In this document: in pieces, positions 12,915-27,725 of the stretch
How the letters are laid out: each line of letters begins with the position of its first letter
Position numbering within the stretch: position 1 is the stretch's first letter
From: the human T2T-CHM13v2.0 reference genome, Homo sapiens
Length of the DNA: 64,000 nucleotides
Assembly: GCF_009914755.1 (NCBI RefSeq)
Contig: NC_060947.1
Direction: 5' to 3' (one strand)
Notes under the pieces: generated by a model
The model's database searches: none
What the model saw: only the letters and a program-made list of their open reading frames with translations
What the model was told of the DNA's origin: nothing
Made by a program: the position numbers and the translations under genes

Positions 12915-13145
12915 AGAGAGCGGTTAAAAGCACGGACTGCAGGGTAGAAGAGCTCTATGTTCTAAGCTTGACCCACCACTTACTGTTTGGTTGAGTGACT
13001 TCAGGCAAGTCACTTAAGTTTTTTGAGCCTCAATTTTCATATCTGCAAAATAGAGTATTACCCTACAGAGTTGGCAAGAGGGATGATGCTTTGGCATGTG
13101 TCTGGCACCAGATAAACACTGCAAAACTGTCCCTAATACTAATAA
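12915..13145 (+). mobile_element. MIR
   Basis: gcggttaaaagcacggact...ggcaagtcacttaag...gagcctcaattttcatatctgcaaaatag. Confidence 0.8.
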
Positions 13146-15869
13146 TATACATTAGGGATAGGCAATAACTGCCATCAAAATATAGAATGATGATCAGGAA
13201 GGAACTATTCTGCACTAGGATTAAAAAAAGCAGCTGGAGGTTTTGTCTCTTGAAAATTACAAGCTCATGTTTCTCACCTACAACTAAAATCTGTATTCAT
13301 CTGTAATGGAAATGTGTGCAAAACTCAGGGCTTGCTGTGGAAGAGCAAAAGGCAAGAGGTTGGTGTCCACTGACTTTCTCAATGCATAAAAGCCAGTCTA
13401 TTTTCTGTATTATCAGAGCTAATGCAACATGCCAAGAGAAATAGGTAGGTGTGACCAATTGGGAGTTTCTTTCCATTCCACCAGACTGTTGAGTATCTCA
13501 CCATATCCTTTGTCATCCAAATCAGCAGTGAAAAGCACTGTCAGCCAACCCCCAGCACATTCAGCAGATAGGTTGCTTAATTAAGTATGCCACTGAATGG
13601 TCTATAGAATTCTATTGCTGATTCTGACAGGTGAAAGACAGAAGGGACAATTTCCTGGGTTTTTATTTAAGATGTATTTTCAATGTATCCTCCACAGAGG
13701 GTGTCCCAGGCTGCATTAATTTTTATGTTTTTTTTTTCTAAACTCAACTCTACACAGAATGAGCTAGTTGATGAAAACAAGTTTAAAATCAGTAATGCCC
13801 CCATTGTCCCCACACTGAGAACCAACGCGCAATGGGTGGATTAGGCCATTATGAAAGATTTAGAGGATGTTGCAAAGCAGTGTTGGGAAATAGGCTCTCT
13901 TTCCACCATTCTCAGTGTTAATGCCTTTAAATCAGGAGTGGGGAACCATTCCTCAGTACCAATTGGAGGTATGGCATTTGTATATAGCAAACGGACCTAA
14001 CAAGTTATAAACCATGCTGAATTTAGGGATTATGTGAATGTTGTTAAATGAAAACTTGCAAAACCTGGGATTCACCAGCTTTGAAAAGAAAATGCTGGAG
14101 ACAAAAAAATTAAATACAATACAGTACAACGGTCTGGCACACTGAGCTAGGAGCTCACCAGAACTAGCTAGTGTCCAGGCCCCATCAGTAGCACCAACTG
14201 CATGTGATGTGTACAAAAGACAATACCCAGAGAACTAAGAGTATGACCCATGCTTCCTAGAGATCCAACCTTTCTGAAATAAATGGTAAAGAAAGACAAG
14301 GTTCCAAAACAGCATTCTCTTTTGGAAGAATTTGAGGATTGGAAGAAATCCTCCCTTCTACTTTCCCATCTGGAGAGAGAATTGCAGTTGTCATGCTCCA
14401 TGTCCCCTGCCATCCCAGAGCCAAGCACTTGACCTGACAAAAAAGTGAACTTGCAAGAGAGCCCTCTCAAGCACTTTGCTTCCTCCCTTTAGTCTAAGCT
14501 GCTGCATATATGATAGCATGAGTCCTTAACGCCAAGACTGCAACAAAACACACCGATAGAGCCCACCCAGTAGCTTAGCAACTGTTTTTATTTCTTTAGG
14601 CTTTTTTGAGAAGTAGAGAAAAGAAAAAGAGCTTTGTCAAAGTGAATGTCACGCCACCGTATTTCTTCCCACTTCACGGGGGTGGGGGTGAGGAAGAGGC
14701 TTGGCCAAATGTTAATTGTGAGCTCTGAAGCGTTTCATTCTAAGGCCCAAGGACAAAGGCTGTAAGGCAGCAAGGGTGGCTCTTCCTGCTTTTAGAAGGC
14801 ACTATGCAAACTGGCTGCCCTAGTAGGCACCTCGAGCCTCCCCAGCCTGAGGTCTATTGAAGGCAAGCAGACTATGCCCCTTAATGCCAGACAGTTTTTT
14901 TTTTAAGAGAGAGTTTGAGAGTCTGAGCCTCTCAATGCAAAGGCCCCCTGCTTCACTGCTATTGTCTTTGTCCAAAATAGACAGATGAAAGACCCTAATA
15001 GATAGGGCCCAAGTCAAAGCAATCACCCCTATTTCAAAATGCAGAAAGTTGGGCATCGCCATAGGTCTGTCCTAGAGCTAGGGTAGATGGAGGTAGGTAG
15101 GAGAGGGGGCAGCCAGAGGACTGATAATGATCCCTAGAGATTTCTGAACCCAGGAGCCAGAGAAAGGAAGAATGGAAAAGAGATTTTGCTTGTAGGCATC
15201 GGAGAAAGCCCATGCAACGTGTGAGAAAGTACAGACAGCAGGCTGAAGACCAAACCACAAGACTAGCATGCAGGGAATGGTGGAGCTATCCAGGGAGCTG
15301 TGGGCAAAAGGAGCTTCAGATGGCTGCTATCGAGAACCACCGGCATGAGCTAAATCTATGATGGTGTATAAGCGTGAATGCTCGCTCTGGTAATTTATAG
15401 GAATATTTGGGGTAATGGGGCATGAGCACTGTAATCAACCACGAGTTGGATCAAGGGCCGGAGGTGCTCTTCCATTCAATCAGAATTGAAAGGTCATTAG
15501 GCTGATGATAGGGTATGCAGTGTTAGTGTGATGGCAAACTGGGCAGGATATTTACTCTAACTCCACCCCTGTGAGCTGGAACACTGAGAATGTCCTGTTT
15601 CTACCCTCCACAGCCCAGGACATTCAGTGTCACCGCAAGGAGGAAAAACTCCTTGTTTTTGGCGTCAGTTCCCATTAACAAATTAGGGTTTATTTATGAA
15701 ATTCAGATCTCCTCCTTCTCAAAGTGATTTGACTGATAATTCTCATCACCTCCCCCCACCATAAAACCCTCATTAACAAAGATAGATAACATTCCTTTTA
15801 AATAAGAGAATATTTCTTACTTATAGTTACTGAGAGATCATCAAAAGCAGTTTTTCCTCACTGTAATGA

Positions 15870-16200
<331 letters not shown>

Positions 16201-16359
16201 CCCGTTCCCATTCTTTAGAGGCAAGAAGAGGCATCTGAGTGATCCCGGTGACCCCCTCCCCACCCAGGCCCTCCAATCCCCAGGGTCTAGGTTCTCAGAA
16301 TCCAACACCAGAGCTGGAGAATGCCAAAATGAAGAATCTAAAAGAGTCCAGTTCTAACA

Positions 16360-16910
<551 letters not shown>

Positions 16911-17645
16911 GTGTCATAAAAACTCAGAAGAGCTGGCTCTGTCGAGTAGGCCAAAGTGATTTCTGTGTCCCTTTCTTCCCCTGGCCCAGAGCTACCTCTC
17001 CTTCCATCCCTGCCCGTGGTCTCAGAGAGGACACCCTCTCTGATATCAGAGCCGCATCCTGCTCAGCAACTCAGGCTTGCACTGAGGAGCTGGGCAAACC
17101 AAGACCATGGAGGAAGGAGAAGAGTAAGGCCCAGTACAATCTCTCCTCATGCTCTAGCTAAGACAAAAGGATCCTGGCAGCTCCCCAAACTCTGCCTGGA
17201 CTCCTGATATGTGCTATGTCAGTTTCAAATATATCCAGATTATTACCCCAATACTTCACCTGAAGTGTCCTAATGAAATATGAGTGGATATTAACTAAGC
17301 TATAAAATCCATAAAAATGCTGCTTTACAAGAGACATTTACCTATGAATCAGCAGTTGGGTTAATTCATTATTTAGCAGGGTTGTTATTTACAGCATATT
17401 ACAGCTTGGTAAATTATTTATATGTGCTTGTTTCTGTGCATGATTTTCCCTTAAGAGAGGGAAAATGTTTATCAACCATTCAGGGAGGTTGTTTCAGTCA
17501 GAGGCCTGTTGTCAAAATAGCTTGGGCTAGTTTCTCTTTCTTACTTCCTGCACAAGATTCTCGTCTGGAAGGAACAGGGGCTGACAGAACTATAACCAAA
17601 TCAGGCATTTAGCCATTACTGGGGAGCCAAGAGTCCACTGTAAAG

Positions 17646-17930
17646 CAGCATTTCCCATTGTGTGTTCTGCCACAAGGCCCATGGAACATGGACTACGAAA
17701 TAAAGGCTCTGTAGGAAGACTAGTTTGGTTAATACTGGGTTAAAGTCAAAGTTACAAACTGCAAGACTTTGATAAAAAAGTTTGAAAGCTGTATAGCCTT
17801 TAATATACGAACGAACATGTCTTTTAAGTCTCCAAGAGGAAGATATGGAATGGCTTGCCTATGGAGTCCTCTTTATGCACAAATCTCATGGGGACTAACC
17901 TATGTTATGAACACTCCTCTAAGAAGTATT
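17646..17930. mobile_element. MER112-like hAT MITE
   Basis: cagcatttcccattgtgtgttc...gcctttaatat...tctccaagaggaagatat...atctcatggggactaa. Confidence 0.6.
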
Positions 17931-17956
17931 TCTCATGCTGAAATGGAACTTACATA

Positions 17957-18681
<725 letters not shown>

Positions 18682-19754
18682 TCCACTCATTAGTTGATGG
18701 AGAAAATTTCTATTTTGGTAAATTTGGGGCCTGAACTCTGCCATCTTGTCCATCCCTGAGATATTGTGAAGTGGAATAGTCAACATGGACCAATCTATTG
18801 ATGCAATACAGAAACAATCTAGCCCAGCTACACCTAAATACCTCTAAGAAGTATCTGCACTGCATCATTCAGCACACTATTGTATTTTGGGGGGTTTGTT
18901 CATTGCTTCGTGTTTTTTAGTCCTGTCCTCTAAAATGACTACACTTCACTATGGCAGGGACTGTCTTCTGCCTCTTTGGTCCCTCCTTGTACTGCATAAG
19001 CATGACAAGCACCAGGTCCCAGCAAATGCAATGATAAGCAGCAAACATTAAGTAGCAACTAGCTATTTCAGGCCTTAGCTTTCTAAAATGATTTTGCTTC
19101 CAAGCAAAAGTAGAAAAGCAGACAGTGTATCTTTGAACAAAGGCCATAAAGTGAAATGATGGCCAAAGTCAGAAGAAAAAGGGTAAAGGAATTCAAAGTG
19201 TTGGGACCTTTGAGGCCAGACTTAGAGGGACTGACTGCTCTATGTTGTGAATAGTTTGTCAGATAAGGAAGGCAGCCTGAATACCTGCCAGAAGGCCTGG
19301 CCTCTATTCTATGGTTACTCTAAGCATTTTGTTGTTGTTGTTACTCTAAGTATTTTTATTCTATGATTTATTCTCCAACTGGAATCGTATTCCAAGTAAG
19401 GGATACCATTAAACTTTAACTTTAAAAGTCATTGCTTTTCTCTTAAATGCGAGTTTAAAAGATTTACTGCATTAAAAAGTGCCATTTTATTATATTCAGC
19501 AGGGTCAACATTTTTTCCATTTGAAGGACATCTGATTTTATTGAAATCCACAAGGCTATAGAGGCCACTTACCAAAAACTCATTTTATAGCAATCATTAC
19601 TGAAATCCATCTCTTAATTCAGGGATACCTTCATCTATGATAAAGTTTGTCAACTGTTAACCCTAGAAAGCTAAAACAACTACTTAGTGATTGAAATACA
19701 CTTCCTAATCTGAATTTGTTGCTTTCTATGGAGAAGGCCTTTGGCAAACACTAG

Positions 19755-19920
19755 CATAGCTCATTGGGTGGAGAGAGTCCTGATGTGGGCCCAAGCTCTG
19801 ACACTTCTAAAACTGTGTGACTCTGGGCAAAGTCCTTTCCTCTCTAAGCCTCTGTTTTCTGTTCTATAAGAACAGGGCCTTGAACTAAAAGGTCTCTGAG
19901 ATCCCAGTATTCTAGTATGA
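19755..19920 (+). mobile_element. MIR3-like
   Basis: ctgtgtgactctgggcaaagtcctttcctctctaagcctctgttttc...tgaactaaaaggtctctgagatcc. Confidence 0.7.
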
Positions 19921-20199
19921 TACTGGGGTATACGAGGAGAGAGAAAGGAGGAAACCAACTAGTGGAACACTGGGTTGTAAAGACCTGAGTCAGTGACTTC
20001 AGTCAACTTTCAGGGGCATCATGCTAAAAGGCCCATTTGTATCTGTTCAGAGGACACAAACTGCAGAGAATCCTTGGCCTGGAAATTCTCTGTCCTATGT
20101 TGAGGTGGTACGTCAGCACTTGGGCAGCACCTTTGTCAATAGGGCTGGGGGGCGTCCCATTAATCAAACACAGAGATCACTGCTTCCAACGTTCTCAGG

Positions 20200-20420
20200 A
20201 GCATATCTCCTGATGGTTAAAGTAAATGCTCTGAACTCAGAAGGTTCTGTATTCAAAATTTTGCTAGGCCAACTTTCTGGATGTGTGACCTTGGACAAGT
20301 ACTTCTACCTCTCTAGAGATTCCACTTTCTCATTTGTAATATTCAGTGACAAAAAAATGCAAAGAATTTGATACAGGGACTGGACCCTAATCAGGAACAT
20401 GCTAGCTGCGATTATTATTT
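20200..20420 (+). mobile_element. MIR
   Basis: atggttaaagtaaatgctctgaactcaga...tgtgtgaccttggacaagtactt...ttctcatttgtaat. Confidence 0.7.
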
Positions 20421-21004
20421 TCATTCCTGTTGTTAACTGAGGTCTCTTAGCCATCTCTCTATATAGTCCAACTCTCTTTAATACAGCCAAAAGGAATCCC
20501 ATCTTTCTTTCCACAATTTCCTTTATGTGAATTCTCAGTTATAGCCAAGCTAATCTACTCTCTGTGTCACAATGCTTCTGTAGATGTGTTCAAGCTGTCT
20601 CCCCCACATGAACTGCTTGTTCTCCTCTTTCCCCATCTCAGACAAATATTATACTTTGTCCAATGTCCCCTGTCCTCCATGACCATCTCAAATAGTAGGG
20701 ATTACTTTCTCCTTTAAACTCACAGTCCTAAGCTGCCAGAATCACTTGCTTGAGAATTAATCACAAAAACTGCCTTGTGCTTGGACACATTATAAATTAC
20801 AACCAAAATGATTTCACTTTTCACGTGTGACTGCTTTACGGTAGAGGCTGCACTGCACCCTTTTGTCTCCCCACTCTAGTGCCTAGCACAGAGCATGGGA
20901 CCAATAAACATACAGAGTCATTTTTTGTTTTGGTTTTGGTTTTGCCTATGAACAAACGTAGCTCCATCTTTATAAGAAAGACTCCACTAGAAGTTTCTTT
21001 GGGC

Positions 21005-21368
21005 CTGTGCTGGCCAATATGATCGCCAGTAGCCACATATAGCTCTTGAGCACTTGAAATATAGCCAGCTTAAAAGGAGGTAGGCTGTAAGTATAAATTA
21101 CACACCAGATTTCTAAGACTTAGAACAAAAACAAGTAAAATATCTCATTAATATTTTTATATTATTTACATGTCAAGGTGATAATATTTGGGGCCTACTC
21201 AGTTAAATTAAATATATATTATTAAAATTAATTTCACGTTTCAACATTTTTAAATTGACTACTAAAAAACTTTAAAATTATATATATGGCTCACATTTTA
21301 TATATATATATGGCTCACATTATATATATATAGCTCACATTATATATATATATAAAGGGCCACTGCTG
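21005..21368. mobile_element. MER33 hAT MITE with a tandem amplification near its end
   Basis: ctgtgctggccaatatg...agccacat...tgagcacttgaaat...taaattacacaccagatttc; three copies of tatatat(g/a)gctcacat at 21279-21352. Confidence 0.85.
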
Positions 21369-21899
21369 TGGCCCTTTAAAAATATAAAGCATGTGAACAC
21401 ACTGATAATTAGATGCACTAATTATTTTACCACTGTTCTTTTCAGAGAACACCTATAACAACCTAGTGGCATTTGAATTTCACATCTGTTCTAATCTAAC
21501 ACTGTAGGTGTGAACTGTTCACGGGTCCTTGGAGGGAATGGGAGCTCCTGATCCGTATGCCAGCTGGGGACCTGTCTACAGAGTCCTGGTAAAGGAATGT
21601 ACTATGGTCAGGCCATCTCCTTCCAGCTTGATGTGTTTTTGTTATTAATTAAGATGACTGAAAACTCCTTGGCGAAATACTAAAATAAAATATGGCCAAA
21701 AAGGTTTCCACATGCAAGTGGGGAGGGTGGCAAAGGAACAAACTCAGTGACCAATGTTGGATAATTATATTGATTTTAAGGCAGCAACTGGGCATTTCCT
21801 AAGGCACTTCCATTGATAAGAAATCACTCAAAGGCCCTCCATCCATTTACAAGGACCATTTGTATCTTTATGCTGACAGTGGCTACAGTGTCTTCCCAA

Positions 21900-22075
21900 C
21901 AGAACCCCATCTTTGTCACAGCATTATTCAAGCCTAGAAATTGTTGAGTGCTCTGTGAACACAACTTCTATAGGTGCTGTGGGAGCTGCAAAAGATAGAA
22001 CTCCAACACTGAAGGGTCCTGTAAACTTACTATGGTTCACGGTGTCAGGGAAGGCTTCACAGGGCATGCCACACT
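21900..22075 (-). mobile_element. L2 fragment
   Basis: ttgttgagtgctctgtgaac...ggtgtcagggaaggcttcacagggc. Confidence 0.5.
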
Positions 22076-23264
22076 GGATAAGTGACAGTTTGTTATGGCA
22101 CAGGATGTTACAGCAAAGGACGAGAAAGATGTGAAGGAAAAGGAAAACAGGAGGAGGATGTGTGTCCTGGAATGTGTCAACAGTGGGAAAAGGGGAAAAA
22201 AGAAAGAAAAGAGGGAAGGAAAGAGGCAAAGAAGAAATGTAACTGTGAGACTCTGGACATGTTTCAATTCCCTCCCTTTAAAGGGAGATTTATATAGATC
22301 AACCTCATAAACTTATTGCAAATATTAAATGGATTATTACATATGAAAGCCCCTAACGTTGTTCCTAGCCTCCATCTTTGTTAATTTCCTCCCCTCTTTG
22401 CCTTTCATGTTGGGCTTACACCTCTTGGTTTCTGACTTGGGACACTGAATTTACACCTACAACCACTGCTGAGCCGTAAGTTCTTGCTCGTGATGTTCCT
22501 AACCTTGATGTTGCCCCTCGATTTTGCTGTTAGAGAGGATTTCAGGTGCTTCATAACTCATGAAGAGCCAGTCTATCTCAGAAAGGATAGCTTTCACGGA
22601 AAATTGGGAGCCATGATTTTCATCAAAATGAACAACAAAATGACTGTTTAGTCTCAGCAAGGGAGTATTTACTGTCTGAACCTGTATTTCGAACTCAATT
22701 GACCAAAACAAACATATCATTTTATCTGCCCAATCCTAATCACTCTGGGAGATCCACTTTTAATCTACTTCCTAGGGACTTGCCATGGCAAAGTATTGCA
22801 GGATTTGCAAACCAAGCACTTCATACCCTCTGTTTTAACTCATCTATAGAAAGAAAACAGCCAGGAGCATTTGGGGGTGGGGGTGTTTCTTTAAAGTCAG
22901 CATGGCTCCTACTTTATTTCTGTAACACACCTTCATTGTCACCCCCTACCTGCTACCGCACATGGTTCAGAACAGATGGTAGTGGTTTTGTTAATTCTTG
23001 AAGGGAAAAAAAAGGTAGTGGATAAGCTGCACATAGTCACAAAGTGATCCCTAAGGCAACCTGGGCACAGGATAGCTAAGCTCAATACAGGCAACTGGAC
23101 ATCAATGAAATAAAGACTGTGCATATCTTCTTGAGCCTGCCAATGTAAGGTGGCAGAAATCCGAGCAACACCAAAGCCATGGCAATCTCCCTTCAGAGAC
23201 TGCCTGTCAAATCATTTCAGATGAGAGAAGAACATTTCCGAAATCACTCAAAAATGAGGGACTT

Positions 23265-23367
23265 TCAGAATAGTGGTTACCTTGGGGGTGGGTGGAGACA
23301 CCGACTGGGCACTACATACCAACTAGGCACTAGAAAACTTCCTGGGGATAATGGAAATATCATATTT

Positions 23368-23434
<67 letters not shown>

Positions 23435-24235
23435 ACACAAACATAGGTGTGATTTATATATATAAATATATACACAGCATATACATATTTATATATTTAA
23501 GTATATATATGCTGTACATATATTTATAATTTAAGTATATAAATATATATATGCTGTATTTATATATTTAAATATGTAGCTATATATATGCTGTACATAT
23601 ATTTTATATATAAAAATCACACCTATCCTTTTTTAACCTAGCATTATAACATAAGAATTTTCTAACATTAATTACAATGTTTTCATTTTTAAAAAATGAT
23701 GACATAATAGTCTATCGAGTAGATTCATGTTAATATAATTAACTACTTGTTGCTGGAAACCTAGATACTTTCCAACTTCCTCTTATTCTGATCTGGAAAG
23801 ATCTAAGTTAATATCTAAGCTGGAAAGTATCTAAGTTAATCTTGTGTTGGATCCTGTAGGTAAGGAACATATATATATATATATATATATACATACTTAT
23901 ATTTATATTTATCTATGTAAAGATATGTGAAGCACATATGTTTATGCATAAATTAAGCCTATGTGTATATGATTCATACTAACATATAAATCATATATAA
24001 TATTAAATATATAAATCATATGTGATATATCATATATAAATATAAATGCTGCTCAGATAGATCAATCTATGTATCTATGTATTTATGTATGTATGTATCT
24101 ATCTGTCTACAGAGAGAGAGATCTGGGATCTGGGTGGCATTTACCCAAATGTAGGTATGTAAAAATTCCCCAAGCCTATGCACTGAAGGCTTGTCCAGTT
24201 TATTGTATGTAAATTATACTCATTAAAAAAATTTA
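23265..24235 (+). mobile_element. Old L1ME/MC 3' fragment split by a complex TA-rich insert
   Basis: tcagaatagtggttaccttgggggtg...cttcctggggataatggaaatat on the left; gatctgggtggcatttac...tgtatgtaaattatactcattaaaaaa on the right. Confidence 0.7.
23368..23439. repeat. Compound (TA)n(CA)n microsatellite
   Basis: Direct reading. Confidence 0.97.
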
Positions 24236-24289
24236 ATGTTAACTGTACCCATGTACAGGTCCAGAGGAAGACTCAAGCCTTGCCCCTGC

Positions 24290-24770
24290 CAGCCATGTCA
24301 ACTGGCACAGCCCTTCAGGAAGGCAATTTGCCACTACATATCAAGGGCCTTAAAAGAGGTTGAGAATCTTTGACTCAGTAATCCCATTTCCAGATGTCTC
24401 TTCTGAGGAAATCATTTGAAACATGAGAAAAGTGATGTGCAGGGTGATGGTGAAACAAATCACTGGATAGAAGATGTACTTGCCCGTGTGTGACTAGGTT
24501 ATGTTCTGTGAACATGTCAGGTTAAAAAAGCAGGATACAAAAGCTTATTTGTTCATGATGACTTACTTGTACTGACAAAAAAGGAACAGAGAGAACAAAA
24601 AAGACAAAAAGTACCACACAATTGTCACAATATTTATGTTGTGATGAGAGATTTTTGTGTGATTTCTTTTGTGTCTCTCTCCTGTGGTTGCCTTAGAATC
24701 ACTTTGTGTCTGTGAACAACATAGCCACCACTGGTGTTTTCTATGAAGTATGGTTATATAATTTGCAAAA
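24290..24770 (+). mobile_element. L1ME-like relic
   Basis: ggaaggcaatttgcc...tatcaag...ctttgactcagtaatcccatttc. Confidence 0.6.
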
Positions 24771-27492
24771 CAAAATCAGGGAGCAGAGAACCCAAAGGTT
24801 TCTGGATGGATCTGCCCTTAACAACTGCATCAGGTAATTGGTATCAAGCCAGACAAATTAATAAAATGATACTTCTCAAAGCAATTCCATACCTGCATGA
24901 CTTCTCTTATATTTGTACCATGATTTAAATATTTTCCAGAGTGCTTTTACATACAAACATCAAATTCTGAGAAAGAGGGAATGATAAAACGCAAACCTAA
25001 AGGGGCCTTTGGATTGGATCATACAGGGCCCACTAGGATGGACATGGGACCAGGTCACCCAGTGCCTAAAAAGGCAAAACGACTATAGAGGTAAAGTCCT
25101 TCAGATCCCTGTCATCTCGTAAGAAATTCTGATCTGGTTCTAGCCTTGATTTATTCTGCTAGCTGGAGCAATTCCAGGGCAAGCAAATTGAGACTCACAT
25201 TTTTTCCACTGCCTATAATAAAAACAAGCATTTTTAAGCATTCTTCATCATCCCCTGCTACTTCTTACATTTTAAACACAAAATTTTACATTCCTGTCAC
25301 TTCTCAGAACTTCCAGAGATTTTCTCCTTTCTACCTGTAAGAAGTTTGAGAACAATTTCATTTTTCCCCTCCAGGTCTTCCATTAGCCAAAACCGTTAGA
25401 AAGAGCCTGAACCTTGTCTTTATGAGGCCTCCTTCAAAGTAGGCTGTCACTGGGGTTGATGGTCCAGTTACAAGATTGAAGACTTGGGCTCTGTAAAGAA
25501 CTGCTCTTGAAAAGTCATTAGTGAGGTCCCCAAGGCCCAAGTTTTTACACCCAGTGCAGGAATTCCCAGTGCCTTTTACCGCCAGTGAATACATAAATTC
25601 CATTAATCCACATGTACCTTTCTGCTATTGCCCAAGAGAATGGCTACATATGCAGAATACAAAAGAAGGTAGTGAAGGGGGCGACAGGGAAGACACTAGG
25701 GGTTGTTTTGTTTGATTTTAAAGATTTCAAAGAAGATGTATGTCAAGAAACTATCTCAGGACTTTTGTTTTTCCAGAACTTTCAATAACTTTCTTTCCTT
25801 TAGGTCTCTGAGACCTAACTGGAAATCCTGTGACAAACTATATGTACCTGTAATTTTATTATGCTGGATTAAGGGCCAAATAATAAACATGAGGAGAAAG
25901 AGATTTCCCAGAAACCTGACAAAGAGAGGACAGAAAACAACTCTGAAATACTGTGATGTTATTATATAGGCAGAAGAATTCCACTAACCAACTTTGTAGC
26001 ATAAAACAAAACACTTAACTAACCCTGGCATCGGTCTTCTAATCTGTAAAATAAGGGGTTCCAACAAAATAGCCTTCCAGTTTCCAGAATTTCTGGTACA
26101 AAATGAGAGCCTAAGAGGATATTCAAGTGGGAGGCTCAAGATGTCCAAGACAAGGAGGACTAGCAACGTGCGGGCCTCTCCTCTGTAAGTCCCAGCCACT
26201 TACAGACATTCTACAGCACACGAGCTTGTCCAACTACCTTCTGGACACTGCCTCTCAGTTCTCAGAACCGAGATACTTTGGAAATGGTTCTCATCTACTA
26301 AAATGTACCCGACAGCTGTACTTAATAAGGCTGGAAGGAACACTTCGGTCCTTTTCCAGGGGAGAAACAAAAGGGTCAGGCCTGTCTTAGGCAGAAGCCA
26401 CCCAGGGCAACAATGTTTCTCTTCACAGTGAGCTTTCCCACCTGTCAACAGATGCTTAAAGCAACAGGATGAATCTGAAACAGCTGAGTTGGACACCAAA
26501 GTAGAACAAGGCAGCTGTTTCTTGCCTTTCAGTATAAAAAGCCTGGCAATTATGCTGAGAAGGATCTGGTGGTCCATAAATATGATCGCTTTGCACATTC
26601 TCTTCTTTCTGTGGTTTTTAGGGCTTGAGTTATTTAACTGAAATAGCTGCAGAACAACCAAAAGGTTTATGCTACAGGTAGGCCAAAGAAGCAAACATTA
26701 TAGGAGACAAAGGATAATAATAAATTACCATGGTGAGGCGAGGAGAGCTAGGGAGTCTCTGAGCTTCAGAATTAAGCTCCAATAGAAATAATAGATTGTA
26801 TGACGTTCACTTGCAAAAGTTCATCTCCAACCAGTACTTAAGTACTAATCATTTGAAGATCACTTATCTGAATGTTTTGATAAAAGCTAATATAAATAAT
26901 AGATTTAAGATCAGGACATGTAAATTAGGGGTGCATTATGATTACAAAGATAATTTTTAATTTATATTCTGAAAGTTTCAAAAGCTCTAAATCTAAACAA
27001 GGATAGACGTCAATTCTGAGAAAACAGTTTATTAAAAATTTTTTTATCACAGATTTTCCAATATTTATGCCATGTGTCTTATGTATACCATTGTGTTTGG
27101 CAATTTCATTACAAGCCAAAATATTAATGAAAAGGTTAAGTATTGATATTTAATCCAGAGTACACGGGGCCACATACTCTATGCTACATTTTCATCTAGT
27201 TTAAAAATAATTTTTTCTCTTACTTTTTAAATTATTTATATTTTCAATTCCATGAGCTAAAAAAGTTGGCATTAATTCATTTTTGTTTATTTGCCTTTCC
27301 AATAGTTTTTTTATTTTAATATATGAGACTACATATGTGATCATTAAACTTAATCACTGTATTTTAAAATGTGAAAAAATACAGAAGAAAAATCAGTCCC
27401 AATTTGCTACTAACTTATATACACTGTTAGCCTTCTGGAAAATTTCTTTCTGTTCTATTTTTGTATGTATAAGACTTGTTCTTGTTGTCAGT

Positions 27493-27725
27493 AACAGCTT
27501 TATTGAGATATAATTTACATAACATACAACACATCCATGTAAAGTGTACCATTCAGTGGTTTTTAGTATATTCACTGATGCAACCCTCACCACAATCAAT
27601 TTTGTAACATTTTCATCACTCCCAGAACAAACCCCACGTCCCTTGGCCAATGATTCCACAACCCTCATTATTCCCAGACCCTGGCAACTACTAATCCACT
27701 TTCTGTCTTTATAGATTTGTCTATT
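27493..27725 (-). mobile_element. L1MB7-like 3' end within an older L1ME relic (about 27310-27950)
   Basis: aacagctttattgagatataatttacata...ccctggcaactactaatccactttctgtc. Confidence 0.88.

Noticed and set aside
21279-23610. Short repeated units with variable spacers superficially like a CRISPR array
   Set aside because: Primate DNA; the units are TA-microsatellite derivatives with no unique spacers or cas genes
26200-26694. 164-aa minus-strand ORF
   Set aside because: TTG start, no recognisable homology or exon structure on that strand
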